A DNA stretch of 63,346 nt, the filler included, from Chiloscyllium plagiosum (taxonomy: Eukaryota): assembly GCF_004010195.1 (NCBI RefSeq). It is 4 parts of one record of this genome, joined end to end, with 100 filler letters (N's around TTAATTAATTAA, not from the genome) between each part and the next. Parts side by side here need not be neighbours in the genome. Positions count along the whole stretch, not along the records: positions 1 to 19,095 come from NC_057715.1; positions 19,196 to 40,839 come from NC_057715.1; 2 more parts are not named here. One strand, given 5' to 3'. A program made the translations under genes and the position numbers. The first letter of the stretch is position 1. Each line of letters opens with the position of its first letter. This document shows, piece by piece, positions 12,575 through 25,823 of the stretch. The notes beneath the pieces were generated by a model. It worked only from the letters and a program-made list of their open reading frames with translations. It was not told the origin of the DNA and ran no database searches.

Positions 12575-15205
12575 CCATCAGATGACAGCAGCAGCAGCCA
12601 GAGAGATGGCATCCTGCTGTACAGAGAGGAGGGACTAAGAGCAGAGCAAATGTAATGGGAGATTTAATAGTCAGAGACACAGGAAAATGCTTCTATGACC
12701 ACAAGAGAGACTACAGGATGCTATGTTGTCTCACTGCTGTCAGGGTCATGGATGTCTCTAAGCAGGGCATCCTGTAACAGGCGAGTAAACAGAGAAAAGT
12801 TATTGTCCACATTGGCACAAATGACATCGGTAAGAAGAATGACAAGGTCCTTAAATGACAATTCAAGGAGTTAAGTAGTCAACTAAAAGCTGGACCTCAA
12901 GGGTGGTAATCTTTGTGCTACTGAAGTTAGGAAGAGACAGAGTACAATTGAATATGTGGCTAAAGAGCTGGTGTCAACTTGTGGGAACTGGAGCAGCAGG
13001 TCTGTAAGTATAGTGACTGGAAAAGAGTTTAAGACTAAGGCAAACATCGCTAAGAAGATGAGCAGTAAGGGAGAGGTTACTGAGCTCAGCATGATTGGAG
13101 GCTTGGACTGTATTTGCATCAATGCAAGAAGCATTACAGGCAAAACAGATAAACTTAGAGCCTGGATTAACTATAATGTTGTTGCTATCACAGAAACATG
13201 GTTGGAAGAGGAGCAGGATTGGCAGCTTAAAATTCCAGGATATCGATGTTTTAGCTGAGATGGAACAGTAGACAAAAGAGGTGAGGGAGTTGCATCATTG
13301 GTTAGGGAGCTTATCACAACTTTGTTGAGGGACGACACCCTGAGGGATATTTCAGCAAGGCATTATGGGTAGAACTCAGGAAAAGGAAGGTTGAAATCAT
13401 AATGCTGGGATTGTACAGCAGATCTCGCAGCTGCCAATGGAAAATACAGAAAGAGATATGTTGTCAGATTCTGGAAAGATTTAAGAATAACAGGGTTACT
13501 GCAGTAGTTAATTTTACCATCCCCCATATTGACTCGGACTCCCAGAGTGCTGGGGATTTGGATGGGGAACAATTTGACAGTTGACATCAGGCGAGTTTTT
13601 CGAAACAGTATGTAGATAGTCCAACAAGGGAGGGGCCATACTGTACCTACTATTGGGAAATGAGCCCGGCCAGGGGATCAAAGTTTTAGTGGGATAGCAT
13701 TTTAATAATAGTGAGCATAATTCCATAGGTGTTTGGATAAGTATAGATAAGTACAAGGCTGGACCTTGGATGAATGTGTTAAATTTGGGGAAGGTCAACT
13801 ATAACTGAATTATGCAAGAATTGGAGAATATGGATTAGGGACAGTTGTTTAAGGGTAAATCCACATCTGACATGTGGGAGTCTTTTAAAGATCAGTTGAT
13901 TAGAATGCAGGACAGGCATGCTCCTGTGAAAGTGAAGGACAGGAATGGCAACATTCGGGAACCTTGAATGACAGGGAAAATGATCAGCTTAGTCAAAAGA
14001 AAAGCACTAAAATCAAAGTCCTTGAGGAATATCCAGAAAGTAAGAAGGAGCTCAAACAGAGAGTTAGGTGGACTACATGAAATGTCCTTGAAGAATCCCA
14101 AAGCATTTCATACGCATCAATTAGGAACAAGAGGGTAGCTAGGGAAAGAGTAGGTTAAAAGAGGAAGGTTATTTGTGGAGCCAGGGGAAATGTGTGAGAT
14201 CTTTAATGAGTACTCTACATTGGTATTCACCAGAGACAAGGACAGGGAAACGTGTGTGTACACTTTCAGGCAGGTCAATATAATGAAGGAGAAAGTGTTG
14301 GGCGTCTTGAAATACATTAGGAAGTTTGTGATGACAGGAAAATTGGCGGAGTTGCAGTTCATGAGGAGGATTATCAAAGGATACAACAGGATATAGATAG
14401 ATCGCAGATTTGGGCAGAGAAGTAATGGGTGGAGTTTAATATGGTCAACTATGAGGTGATGCAAATTATGCAGTAGACGGCAAAACCCTTAAGTGTGTTG
14501 ACATAAAGAGGAATCAGGACATATATGTCCACAGGTTCCTGAAAGTGGCAATGCAAGTGTATAATGTGGACTAGGAGACATTCAGCATGCTTGCCTTCAT
14601 TGGACATGATATTTAATATAAAAGTGGGCATGCGATGTTACAGCTATCTAAAACTTTAGTTGGGCCACATTTGGAATATTGTGTGCAGTGTTGGTAACCA
14701 TACTTTTGAAAGGTTGTGGATGTTTTGAAGAGTGTGCGTAGAAGATATATGGGGATGTTGCCTGGTCTGGAGGGTTTTAGGTTCAAGAACAGATTGGATA
14801 AACTTAGATTTTTTTCACTGGAAAGACAGAGGTTGAGGGACGACCTGAGAGAGGTCTACGAAATAATAAAAGTCAAAGATAGGATGGATAGTCAGAGGCT
14901 TTTTCCCAAGGTGGAAAGGTCAATTACAAGAGGACACAGGTTCAAGGTGAGAGGGGAAAGTTTAGGGGAGAAGTGTGGAGAAAATATTTCATACAAAGGG
15001 TAGTGGGTGTATGGGATGCACAGTCAGTGGAGGTGGGGAGATGCATGCATGTTAACAATGTTTAAGACATATCGTAATAGACACATGAACAGGAGGTAAA
15101 CAGAGGGAGAGAAACCTCATATGGGCAATAAGTAACTGGTCTGAATAATGGTTAAGAATCAGTTTGGCCGCAGGGCTTATTCCTGTGTTGTCTTGTTCTG
15201 TGCTC
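12575..15205 (+). mobile_element. Long decayed CR1 LINE (ORF1 esterase part, APE endonuclease, RT, 3' UTR) with internal deletions
   Basis: GDLIVRDT and VHIGTNDIG (ORF1 SGNH-like); CICINARSITGKTDKLRAWI..VVAITETWL (APE); LRFFSLERQRLRDDLREVY..TRGHRFKVRG (RT C-terminus); many stops and frameshifts. Confidence 0.9.
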
Positions 15206-16859
15206 TTCAATTTGCACTCTTTTATGCAGTTCACGAACTTATTGTTCACCATGCAAAAAAGGAAGCAATATTAGTTGCCAATAAATAAGGTGTCAATAGC
15301 TTTTTGAAAATTAAACATTTTTTATCGTCTTCATTTCTTCTTCTTCTTATGTCAATGATATCAAGGTTTTGTACCTCATCAAGATCAACATGTTAACCTG
15401 GCAAAATCCAACATCAATGATCTTGAAATCACAACGCCTCCATGAGATTTAATTTGCGAACTGCTATCAGTCACCAAATGAAATGGTTTGCTTCAAAATT
15501 ACACTCCCAGTTTCCCCCTTCTCCTCAATATGCTGCATGTGTTATTTTCCTTCTAATTTTACCAAGTGATTAACAAAAACATGAAGGGAATGGTTGAATA
15601 ATTCATTAATTATTCAGAAGACTCAAAGACAACATTCAATTTGGTGTAGAGTGACATGAGCACTTGCCGTGCAATATTATGATGCTATGTGATCCTGATT
15701 TTTTTTGCCAGAATAATTTAACAGCCCAAAGATTTGCATGGGCCTTGAATATCAATTGCAAGCACACTAGATTTATGGAAAATGCTGCACTGATCAAATT
15801 ATTTGGACAAGAAATGACTGAACTGAAAATATCTGCCACACATTGAGACACATGTAAAAGAAAGGCAATGCATAAAAGAAACAATTCTATATGGAGTGAC
15901 AGATGGAGCAATGTTAACACATACTGGAGACCGTGTTGCAGAAGAAACTCTGAGCATATTCAGACCTCAGCTGTGAGCTTTCAGCTTGGAGTGAGGGTTT
16001 GATTCTCGAGAGTGTGGAATTCCAACCTTCCAAAATTATTACATAATTCAAATGGCGTTTTCCTCTTTCTTGTTAACTTAAAGCAAATTAATAAGAGTAA
16101 TGTTAACAGTAATTAATGAAAATAATTAATATATGTACAAGTTGCCATAATTAATCTGCTGCCATTTTAATTACACAAATTCTGAAAATAATGCATACAA
16201 AGTCAAGACAAATTTCATGTTTTTGTTTCAACTATGGATCAACCTTCTTGATTTCATATTTGACTATGTGATGCGCGATACTCTACAGCCATCAAAGCTG
16301 TCCCTGACACGATAACACCAAGGAGGAAGAACGCTGAAGCAGCCCCCCCAACCGCTGCTGCTGACTGGACCCAGAACGTCGCTTCTGCCAAAGTTGCCTC
16401 CTCGCCACTAATCCTCCAGCTACCGCCATAACCTGGACACTGTCCCAACTCTCGAGGACTGGGGCCCATTCTCAATTTCCGAGGATGGACAGACCATCCA
16501 AATTAAGGATCAAGGGGTCATTCACTTCACAACTGTTGCAGATGCTGCTGAAACACCAAAAGAAAAGAACTGACCCCAATCCATCAATGCTGCGGCCAGC
16601 ATCGACCATGACTAATGGAGTGGAGCCGTCGCTGTAAAACTCCCCCCAAACTCTCTCCACCACCGCAACTGCGGAAAGAAGAAAAAATGATTTTGATTCA
16701 AAAGTTAAATGAAGACAAGTTAAATTTAAAAAGAAGATGCAGCTGGTCATGCGAAAGGGAGCCTGAACACCTCCTATCCTCCTGCCTCTGCCACCTCGAA
16801 AACAAAATTGCTGTACAATGGACTATTAATAATTTTATAAAATTACATTGAACCAAATA

Positions 16860-17270
16860 ATGAAAAGGAAATTCAGTTACGTGGAGAAATTGGGATTGAT
16901 TGTCTTCAAGCAGAGAAAATGAAGGAACCGCTTGTTATGAGTATTGACAATAATGAGGGACTGTGATGAAGCAGATGAAACAAAACTAGTTTCACTGGTA
17001 CAAGGGTTAGTAACTAAAGATTTAAGATGATTGGCAAAAATTCTCGTGGGGAAATGAGCAGAAAGTTTTTAACAAGTTGTCGCGATCTGGATATGTTGTG
17101 GAATCAGATTTAATAGTAGCTTTTGAAAGAGAATTGGTTAAATACCTGAAAAAGAGGATGTTCCAGGATATGAAGCAAAAGGAAGGTGGGTGGGTCAAAT
17201 TGAATACTTCTTATAAAGAGCTAGCATTAACACAATGGGCTGAGTGGTTGTGTACAATCTATATTTTGAA
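16860..17270 (+). mobile_element. Old CR1 3' end
   Basis: Degenerate EKLGL..DLIVAFERELVKYLKK and 3' UTR-like ATGGGCTGAGTGG. Confidence 0.55.
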
Positions 17271-18029
17271 TGGTGGTCCAAAAAATTGATCCAAAAGGTT
17301 TCCATTACACCCTAAAGGGTTAATGTTTGAATTAATGGATGAAGTGAATCAGAAGGTTATTTGTCTCCTTCTACAAGATTATTAACAATCAAATGAGTAA
17401 AAGTCACCATGAAGCCAAATCTAATCATCTGCACAATTTTCTCGTCACAACTTCTTGTAAAGAATATATCCATGATAAATTGAAAGTACAATTATTTAAA
17501 GTACAGCAACATTTATTATATCATTTTTTGCATGACTATTTTTGGAACGGAGTTTCATTTTACATTTTGGAACAGTCTTAGCTAAATACACATTCCTACA
17601 GATGCTTTTAAACTGATACTAGCATCTACAATTATAGAATACAGATTTGAGATAATTCCCTGGTGCAAATTAATCCTTTCCTTTGATATTGACATAAGGT
17701 GGCAAATATACTCTTCACCTTAACTATCATATTATGACAACTATGTTAGCTCCCATAGCATAAATATAAGATTTTGGTCACATAGTAGTGAGGAATTCAA
17801 TAAACTTTTGTTACAGTGCCTTGTATTTCATTGTACATACTACAACCACAGGAAGTCTGGGCCTGAAGCTAAGCAATTCAGATCGACTGTGTTCTGTTTC
17901 TCTCAGCATGCCATGTTGCAAGTGGACACAGCTCAGTAAGACGGAGACTGATAACTTAATCCCATTCAGTTTCGTCACAATGTGGTTATAACATCATGAG
18001 CATGCCTTCAAGACATATGTCAAACCTGA

Positions 18030-18130
18030 ATCTGAAACAAACGAAAGAATGCTGGAAAACTCAGCAGGCCCAGCAGCATCTATAGTGAGAGAAACAGAGT
18101 TATTACTCCAAGTTCAATGTAACCCTTCTT
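18030..18130 (-). mobile_element. Short PLE 3'-end derivative; probable hairpin interrupted by a V-SINE, other arm ~18436-18475
   Basis: GCTGGAAAACTCAGCAGGCCCAGCAGCATCT..GAGAGAAACAGAGTTA; complementary CTGCTGAATGTCTCCAGCATT follows the SINE. Confidence 0.65.
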
Positions 18131-18149
18131 AAAAGGCTGACAGATAATT

Positions 18150-18437
18150 AGGCAGCATAGTGGCTCAGTGGTTAGCACTGCAGCCTCACAGCACTGGGGT
18201 CCCAGGTTTGATTCCAGCCTCAGGTGACTGTCTGTGGTGGAGTTTCTACCTATGTCTGCGTGGGTTTCCTCCCACAGTCCAAGATGTGCAGGCTGGGTGA
18301 ATTGGCCATGCTAAATTGCCCAGAATGTTATGTGCATTAGTCAGAGGGAAATGGGTCTGGGTAGATTACTCTTCAGAAGGTTGGCACGGACTGGTTGGGC
18401 TGAAGTGCCTGTTTCCACACTGTAGGGAATCTAATCT
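18150..18437 (+). mobile_element. V-SINE (HE1-like)
   Basis: GGCAGCATAGTGGCTCAGTGGTTAGCACTGCAGCCTCACAG head; ends CCACACTGTAGGGAATCTAATCT. Confidence 0.9.
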
Positions 18438-18780
18438 GCTGAATGTCTCCAGCATTTGTCTTGTGTTTGTTTCAACAGAAATTGTGATGTTTTACCCTCT
18501 TTATCGCACATGCCTCTCTTCCACTCATTTACCTAGACTGGGAGCCATACATGTGCATCTATATGCTGAGGGTGGGGACGGGCTAATATCCCCTATAGTA
18601 AAGTAATACTGCTAATTCCAATGATAGGGATTATAACTCCTGTGGTTCTTCCACTAATTAGAAGAGGCAACTGAGGAACTAAAGACTCTTCGAAAGAAAG
18701 AGTGATTCAACTCGAAACACACACTTTCTTTCTCTCTCCATTGATGCTGCTAGATCAGAATTTTCCCAGCATTTTCTATG

Positions 18781-19095
18781 TCTGGGTTACAGTGAGGGGG
18801 ACTGGGAGGAAGCAGCCAGTGCAGGGACCCCCTGCGGCCGTTCCCCTCAAGAACAAGTATACTGTTTTGGATACTTGTGGGGGGATGACTTACCAGGGGT
18901 AAGTAACGGGGCTCAGGTCTCTGGCACGGAGCCTGTCCCCGTTACTCAGAAGGGAAGGGTGAAGAAGAGCAGAGCAGTAGTAATTGGGGACTCGATAGTT
19001 AGGGGCACAGATAGGCGGTTTTGTGGGAACGAGAGAGACTCACGTCTGGTATGTTGCCTCCCAGGTGCAAGGGTACGTGACGTCTCTGATCGTGT
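18781..19095 (+). mobile_element. Young CR1 ORF1 (SGNH esterase-like) fragment running into a gap
   Basis: AVPLKNKYTVLDT..RAVVIGDSIVRGTDRRFCGNERDSRLVCCLPGARVRDVSDR; CpGs retained. Confidence 0.88.
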
Positions 19096-19195
19096 NNNNN
19101 NNNNNNNNNNNNNNNNNNNNNNNNNNNNNNNNNNNNNNNTTAATTAATTAANNNNNNNNNNNNNNNNNNNNNNNNNNNNNNNNNNNNNNNNNNNN
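19096..19195. other. Assembly spacer N44-TTAATTAATTAA-N44
   Basis: Exactly 100 bp with a palindromic six-frame stop linker; identical at 40840 and 58522. Confidence 0.97.
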
Positions 19196-19388
19196 TCACC
19201 TTTACCTCCTTCCACCTATCACATTTCCAACGCCCCTCCCCCAAGTCCCTCCTCCCTACCTTTTATCTTAGCCTGCTGGACACACTTTCCTCATTCCTGA
19301 AGAAGGGCTCATGCCCGAAACGTCGATTCTCCTGCTCCTTGGATGCTGCCTGACCTGCTGCGCTTTTCCAGCAACACATTTTCAGCTC
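19196..19388 (+). mobile_element. Neptune-type PLE 3' UTR/terminus
   Basis: Reverse complement of the 58099-58280 and 63030-63230 ends; the 58099 copy is contiguous with GIY-YIG coding. Confidence 0.85.
19294..19327 (+). ncRNA. Minimal type I hammerhead ribozyme motif (PLE-associated)
   Basis: UC-CUGAAGA-A-GGGC(UCAU)GCCC-GAAA-CGUC-GA: core, stem II, palindromic ACGU stem III, GUC triplet; stem I only 2 bp. Confidence 0.7.
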
Positions 19389-20235
19389 ATGCTGTCAATC
19401 TGCCTAGTGGTCATGAAATGGGATGTTTTAACTCTGAGACCACTGAGAGCAGGTCAGGGGACTGGTAACAGAAAAATAAATCTTTAACGCTACAGCATGC
19501 ATGCAATCTGAAATCGCTCCAGCAGAGAGTAAAGATGACCACAAATGTGCTTTCTCATCAATGTGATGTCTACCTCAAAATTTGTGACCTTAGCAATAAT
19601 AGCCACAAATGACATTGATGTATTCCTGACTACTAGTCTGACTGTGAGGATTGAAATGATGAGAAGGTAAAATTGCTCTTTTAGCAATAGCAGCAGCAAT
19701 AATTGTTTCCTAACATCCTGGACTGGCAACACAGATGAACGTGCATGAAACCAAGCTTAACAGCTGAATTTCTAACCTCTCCTGCCACCATTCCAGCCCA
19801 GAGCAGAACTAACGTCCGCCTTCAATATTCAGAAACCGCAGATTTCAAGATTTTGATGGAGCCTGGGGCACCTTCCTGAGAAAGACAGAAGTTCTGCACC
19901 GATCTAATTTGCAGATTTACAGGAACTGGCAAGGAGTTAGTTTTCATCCCCAGCTGGGTGCAAGAATATTAAATTACTACAAATCTCAAAACTTAACCCA
20001 AATGCTTTGTTGATCACCACTGCTGCTACCGGTGCAGATGGAATGGAGAGTGGGAAAAATTGGGATTTCTCACAACTGAGTTGACAATTGCTGGGCTCAA
20101 TAAGCTAAGGTGTCTTTCTAGCACTATGTGTTTGTTCTCTCCATCTCAACTCTCTCAACTTGCTGGTCAGTTGTAGTGTCTCTATGTCACAGCCAGGAGG
20201 CCTGTCTTTATCCCAACTGCTCCAGACATCTCTGA

Positions 20236-20520
20236 ACATAAAATCCCTACAGTGTGGAAGCAGGCCACACAACACACAACAGCATCCAACCCAAAACCAT
20301 CCCCCTACCCTATCCCTCTAACCCTGCATTTCCCATGACTAATCCACCTAGCCTGCGCATCTTTGGACTATGGGAGGAAACTGGAGCACTTAGAGAAAAT
20401 CCACATTCACACTGGGAGAATGTGCAAACTCCAGACAGACAATTGCCTGAGGGTGGAATCAAACCCAGGTCCCTGGTGCTGCGAGGAAGCAATGTTAACC
20501 ACTGAGTTACAGTAACACCC
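20236..20520 (-). mobile_element. V-SINE (HE1-like)
   Basis: rc tRNA-like head and V-domain; tail CCACACTGTAGGGATTTTATG. Confidence 0.85.
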
Positions 20521-21802
20521 CACAGGTTGACTCTAAAACAAACAGAGCTGATGGACTAAAAGAGAAACTATTTCCTCTGCTCTGATGGAGTCCAGAACAA
20601 GGGATTACAACCTCAAAAAATTAGAAAGGGATTGTAAGAGCTGATATCTAGAAACACCTCTTCATGTGCAAGGTCATGTAATCTGGAAAGCCTGTGGTAC
20701 TTCTGCCAAACGTTAGGCAGTTACTGTATCAGATATATCAAAACCTTATTTTTCATTTAATGAATTGAACTGTTTTACAGTGTGAATTAAATGCATGGCT
20801 TTTGACACAAAATTCAGTTCAACCAAGGAAGTAAAATGATAGGAAATGAAGTGATAAGAGCAGAAGAATAACGAGAGAGGCCGGGAAATGTTTGAGGAGT
20901 TTCAAGAAGTGTGAGAGCACTATTAGCCATTGTGTAACAATTAATGTGTTGTGTTTCTGCAAGTTCCTAACAGCAGGAGGAAGATTCGTTATATTGAAAG
21001 AACAGACATAGGAGGGGTGAAATTATGATGACAGAGAGGTTTAGCACACGAATGTCAAAGAAATAAGCCCATGCATCTCAAAGGAGGATACAACAACCAG
21101 CTTTGCTATAATAATTCAGAAGACAAGGTCGTATAAGCTACTGAGGTTTTGCTTAAGCTGTTAGTTGCAGAGCAATAAGCAGAACAAACTGAACACTTAA
21201 TGTATCATAGCCTTGTTATTTAAGGCTATTAACATGTCAGCTATACACAAATTCTAAACTAAAGTAGCCTTACTGGCAGTTAGTCAATATCAGACATGAA
21301 GTATGGTATCAACTTTAATAAGTACAGCCAGCTGAGGTTGCATTACAGTGATACATTGAACTGCCTTTGTTTTTTTTTAACCACAGATGTTAATTCTTGG
21401 ACATTATTATTAATACTTAGCAATGTAATGTTGCTAATTGTTTAATGCTAAGTGTGTTAATAAGTAATATTTAGTTCTTGATTTCCAGGTCTCTCCTTTT
21501 TGATAACTTTGGAAGAAAGGACTGAACAATTATTCATGTGCACCCTAAAAAAGAGCTTTGCTGGAGTCAAAGTACTTGATCGAATAACTTGAAGCGGATG
21601 TTGTAATATTTACGAGTCAAGTCTTTCCTTGCATGTGAGGGAATAAGAATGAGAATTTTCTTTGAAGAATCAAGACATTCCTCATTGTGCCTTCTAAGGA
21701 TCAATAATCAATGGGAAACTAATATCAGTATTATTGCAAAGTTCTGTCCAGAAGATCTCCCCAGCATTTTGGTCACAGTGTTACATTAGCATAATATCCA
21801 AT

Positions 21803-22430
21803 TGCCAAGATTTTACAGAGTCTCAAAGTGTGGGTTGGGAATTGTGGTGGTGGGGATGCAACATGTCCGGCGGGTTGGTGATGGGTGCTAGGCACATAGC
21901 ACTTTAGTGAGGGGGAAGGTGGCTTACAACTCTACTGCTCTGAGCACAACTTAAAGGTCAATTTTAGGGTTTTTATACCATTAAGTGTGTTTTATCAGTG
22001 GTGGTGGACCCTTTGCCATGAAGGGAAATCTTTCTGAGCATCCTCCTATTGAGGCATTCTGCAGCAACATCACTTCCTTCGCGCATTGTGCTCACCAACC
22101 CAATTTGAACTCAGTCCAATGGGATCCACATATTGGTTTGGCAATCCCAACCTCAGTTACCTGCTTCTGTAGCAAAGTCCACACTGTTTCATGTGTTCAC
22201 CATTGACCATCCATCCCAATAGCACTGCTGGAACTACGGTCCTCTGATTGTCTACTAGCTGTTCGTAGTGGGATCTCACCTATTAGAGTGATGAGAACCC
22301 TAGTGCCAATTTTTTTAATTACCTGAAGGACATACAATCCAGTTAAAGCTCCAGAAATGCCAGAGGTGGGGTTACCCCAGCCTTTCCAGCCCATGAATAG
22401 GGCCGTAGTTGACCTGTAAAATCCCAGTCG
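21803..22430. mobile_element. Putative non-autonomous DNA transposon (MITE-like), ~630 bp
   Basis: GATTTTACAG (21809-21818) and CTGTAAAATC (22414-22423) are exact inverted repeats bounding a GC-richer interval; no convincing coding. Confidence 0.45.
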
Positions 22431-24902
22431 AAATTGGATTGTTAAGACTGTTAGCCATGACAACTTACCTTAGAGAGTATTGCTGAATCTACTTGTGCCA
22501 CAGATTTCGAGAAGCTATGTGGTAGAATTGTGCTCAGATTCAGGTGAGTGTTGTCACATGACAGTTGGACTTTTGACATGTTAAACAACAGTTTCTATTT
22601 GTGCACCTCTAGATGAGCAAATAGCTAAGAGGTTATGCATACATCCAAACGTGTAATATAATTTGCTATCAATCTGTGTTCTTGCCTTAATACTTTTCCA
22701 GATTCAAAAACATCTTCTAGCCTTCATTTAGTTGCTGTGGAACTAGGAGAGAACATTCATTTCCCCTGGCATACCCCTCAACATTTAATATTTCTTTCTG
22801 GTTCTCCCTAATCAATTTGGAATGCAATGTTTTCAACAAGATCTTGACTCACTCTTTTCTTTCTCTGCCTCTTCAGTCATTAATGCAGCACAACCATCAT
22901 CTTTAAACTGCTTATCTATATTGTTTAAGCAATATGTTGCTGGTGCTTTTGGTGAAATGCCTGGCAACTTTTGTTTGCAACTGATTGTTCAAACTGCATT
23001 CACTCAAATAGATGCATACCCATGAGAGCAAGAAACATCAATTTGGATCATCTTGTCAGTCTTGCTAACAATGTATTTGAAAAGTCCTTTCAAGGAGATA
23101 TGGATGATTAAAAAAAATTGAAGACCTTGTTCACTCTCATAAAAAGGGAGTTGTTTATTCTTGAACATTCCCTTTTGACAATGGTCTAACTATTTTCATG
23201 CATTTCTTGTAAATTAAACCTGTTTGTGCAGTTGCAACTTCTATCAAGCATTTTTCAGTCTCCTTTCAGTTCATTGTGAATCAGATACAAGGTAACATTT
23301 TAACTCCAGTTTATGTCCTGAAATCATGCCTTTTTCTACCCTGAGATGATGCAGCAATAGGTGCATTACCAATTCTAAGGAACAATAAATTTGTTTATGG
23401 CAGAACTTGTTGAATTTTTGGAGAAGCTTTTCAGTATTCTCTATATAATAAAGTCAAGAACACTAATGTTAACATAGGTGATATTGCAGTGTATGCAGCG
23501 TTGGGAACGCATAGATATTTAGGGATGAGAAAAATGAGAAAACTAGTGGTTTGGACCACTCTTGGGCTGCAAAGGATTTACTGTGTGACTTTTTGGAATG
23601 TGGAAGTCAACAGAACTAGGAATTGTCTGCTCTTTACAGAAAAAAATCAAATGATTTGGGGACAAAAATTAAAACTGCGGTAAAAGGTTGTTATGTGACC
23701 ATAATTGTTGGCCTGACAGTTTCCAGCATCTGCAGTCCTCACTTTTGCCTAGTTTTAGGAGGGGACTAGTGATGAAGATTGTCTAGCAAATGCCTTTGGA
23801 CTGATGTGGTGCATGTTTTGGAAGCTGTGGTAGTTAAAATAAGCTACTCAGGGAGAAAAAAATGTCTTTTCTTTCCTCCCTCAGCAAGTCACAATACAAC
23901 CCTTAAAGAGAAACATTTGAAGAAATATCTTAGGAAATTCTTCACTGAGAATCAGAAAAAAATCCAGGAACCAATATTGCTAGTCTTCACATTAACTCTG
24001 AATGTATATTAATTCAATTGTGAGACCAGTCACTACCTGATCTGTTTCCTGAATTGATGGTCTTCTATCACTCTGCAGCTGAAAAAAATGTGATATCTCA
24101 CAAATAAGAAACCAAAGAATCCCAAGAAAAGTCAGTTCATTCTACCCTTTTAGTTTGGATTCTTGATCAACAGGACTTTTTTTTCTACTTTTCCCCTCAT
24201 AAGTGCTCTGCAGAGCTGTGATCATTATCCTGTCTGTGTATGAATGTCTGTGTATGTTTGGCTATGATGTGGAGGTGCCAGTGTTAGACTGGGGTGGACA
24301 AAGTTAAAAATCACATAACACCTGGTTATAGTCCAACAGGTTTATTTGGAAGTACTAGCCTTCGGAGCGCTGCTCCTTCATGGGGTTGCTGAGGAGCAGG
24401 ATTATAAGAGACTGAACGTATAGCAAAAGATTACAGTGTCATGCAACTGAAACAATATATTGAACAAACTTAGATTGCTGTTAAATCGTTCATTTTTTAG
24501 AATAGATTACAGGTTTCAGTTCATTCAGTGGTCAGGGACACTTGGCCTCAGATCTTCGGGTGTCCATCCTCCAAGGTGGGCTTCAGGATATGTAATAATA
24601 CGGAGTCACCGAGCAGAGGCTGATAGCCAAGTTTGGTACCCATGAGGATGGCCTCAACCGGGACCTTGGGTTCATGTCACACCCCACTACACTGTACACT
24701 CTATCTCTCTCACACACACACATGCACGCATGCATGCACACGCACACACACACAATCTCTCTCTCATGCGGGCACACACATATGTAAGTCTATGGGGTGA
24801 ATTTGCATTTGCACAAGTATTTGCAGGTACATTCTATTTTGCTCAAAAAGCACACAATCTGCAGGCAGTCAATCCGCGTAACATTTTATACATTTTTTTT
24901 AG

Positions 24903-25186
24903 CTTAGATCCCCTACAGTGTGGAACCAGGCCCTTCGGCCCAACCAGTCCACACCAACCCTCTGAAGAGTAACCCACCTAGACCAATTTCCTCTGACTAA
25001 TGCTAACACTATAGGCAATTTAGCATGGCCAATTCACTTGACCTACACATCTTTGTGCAGGAAACCCATGCAGACATGGGGAGAATGTGCAAACTCCACA
25101 CAGACAGTCGCTCAAGGCTGGAATCGAAACTGGGACCCTGGTGCTGTGAGGCAGCAGTGCTAACTACTGAACCACTGTGCCGCCCT
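24903..25186 (-). mobile_element. V-SINE nested in the PLE
   Basis: rc GGGCGGCACAGTGGTTCAGTAGTTAGCACTGCTGCCTCACAGC head and V-domain. Confidence 0.85.
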
Positions 25187-25382
25187 GCCTACTTTGGAAA
25201 TAGAACCAGTCTGACTCAAGATTGGATACAGATAAATTCTATCCTCACACCTTTAATGCATTGTCTGAGCGGAGGTATCACCTTTTCTAATAAAACCTTA
25301 AGTTATCTCGAGAATGTGACTTAAAAGAAGCCCTGGGATTTACATATTAATGAACCGAAACTCACAACCCATTCTAAAAGAT

Positions 25383-25823
25383 TAAAAATCACACAACACC
25401 AGGTTATAGTCCATCAGGTTTAATTGGAAGCACTAGCTTTCGGAGTGCTGCTCCTTCATTAGGTGATTGTGGAGTGCGCAATCATAAGACACAGAATTTA
25501 TAGCAAAAGTTTACAGTGTGATGTAACTGAAATTATACATTGAAAAATACCTTGATTGTTTGTTAAGTCTCTCATCTGTTAGAATGAACATGGTAGTTTC
25601 ACTTCTTTCATATGTAAATCACAAAACCTTTTTTAAAAGTTACATTCTCAGGTTAACTTTTACAATTGGCATCAACCCAGGTGATGTGTTGAAGGTGTTA
25701 GTCCCCTGTGTGCTGTTATCTGTGCCATAATGTTTAGGCTGATTCTAATCCAAAAAATGAATTAACAGAATTTTAAATGGATTCATGCAGCTTTTGAGCA
25801 CAGTACAATGTAACTCTCCAAAT
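25383..25823 (-). mobile_element. PLE 3' end nested in the 3' UTR of a related PLE
   Basis: TSD CATTCTAAAAGAT at 25370-25382 and 25824-25836; starts TAAAAATCACACAACACCAGG; hammerhead-like rc CAC-CUAAUGA-A-GGAG..CUCC-GAAAGCUA-GUG at 25431-25465. Confidence 0.8.

Noticed and set aside
22462..22545. Strong minus-strand donor AG|GTAAGT as a missing kelch exon
   Set aside because: Upstream translation shows no kelch similarity
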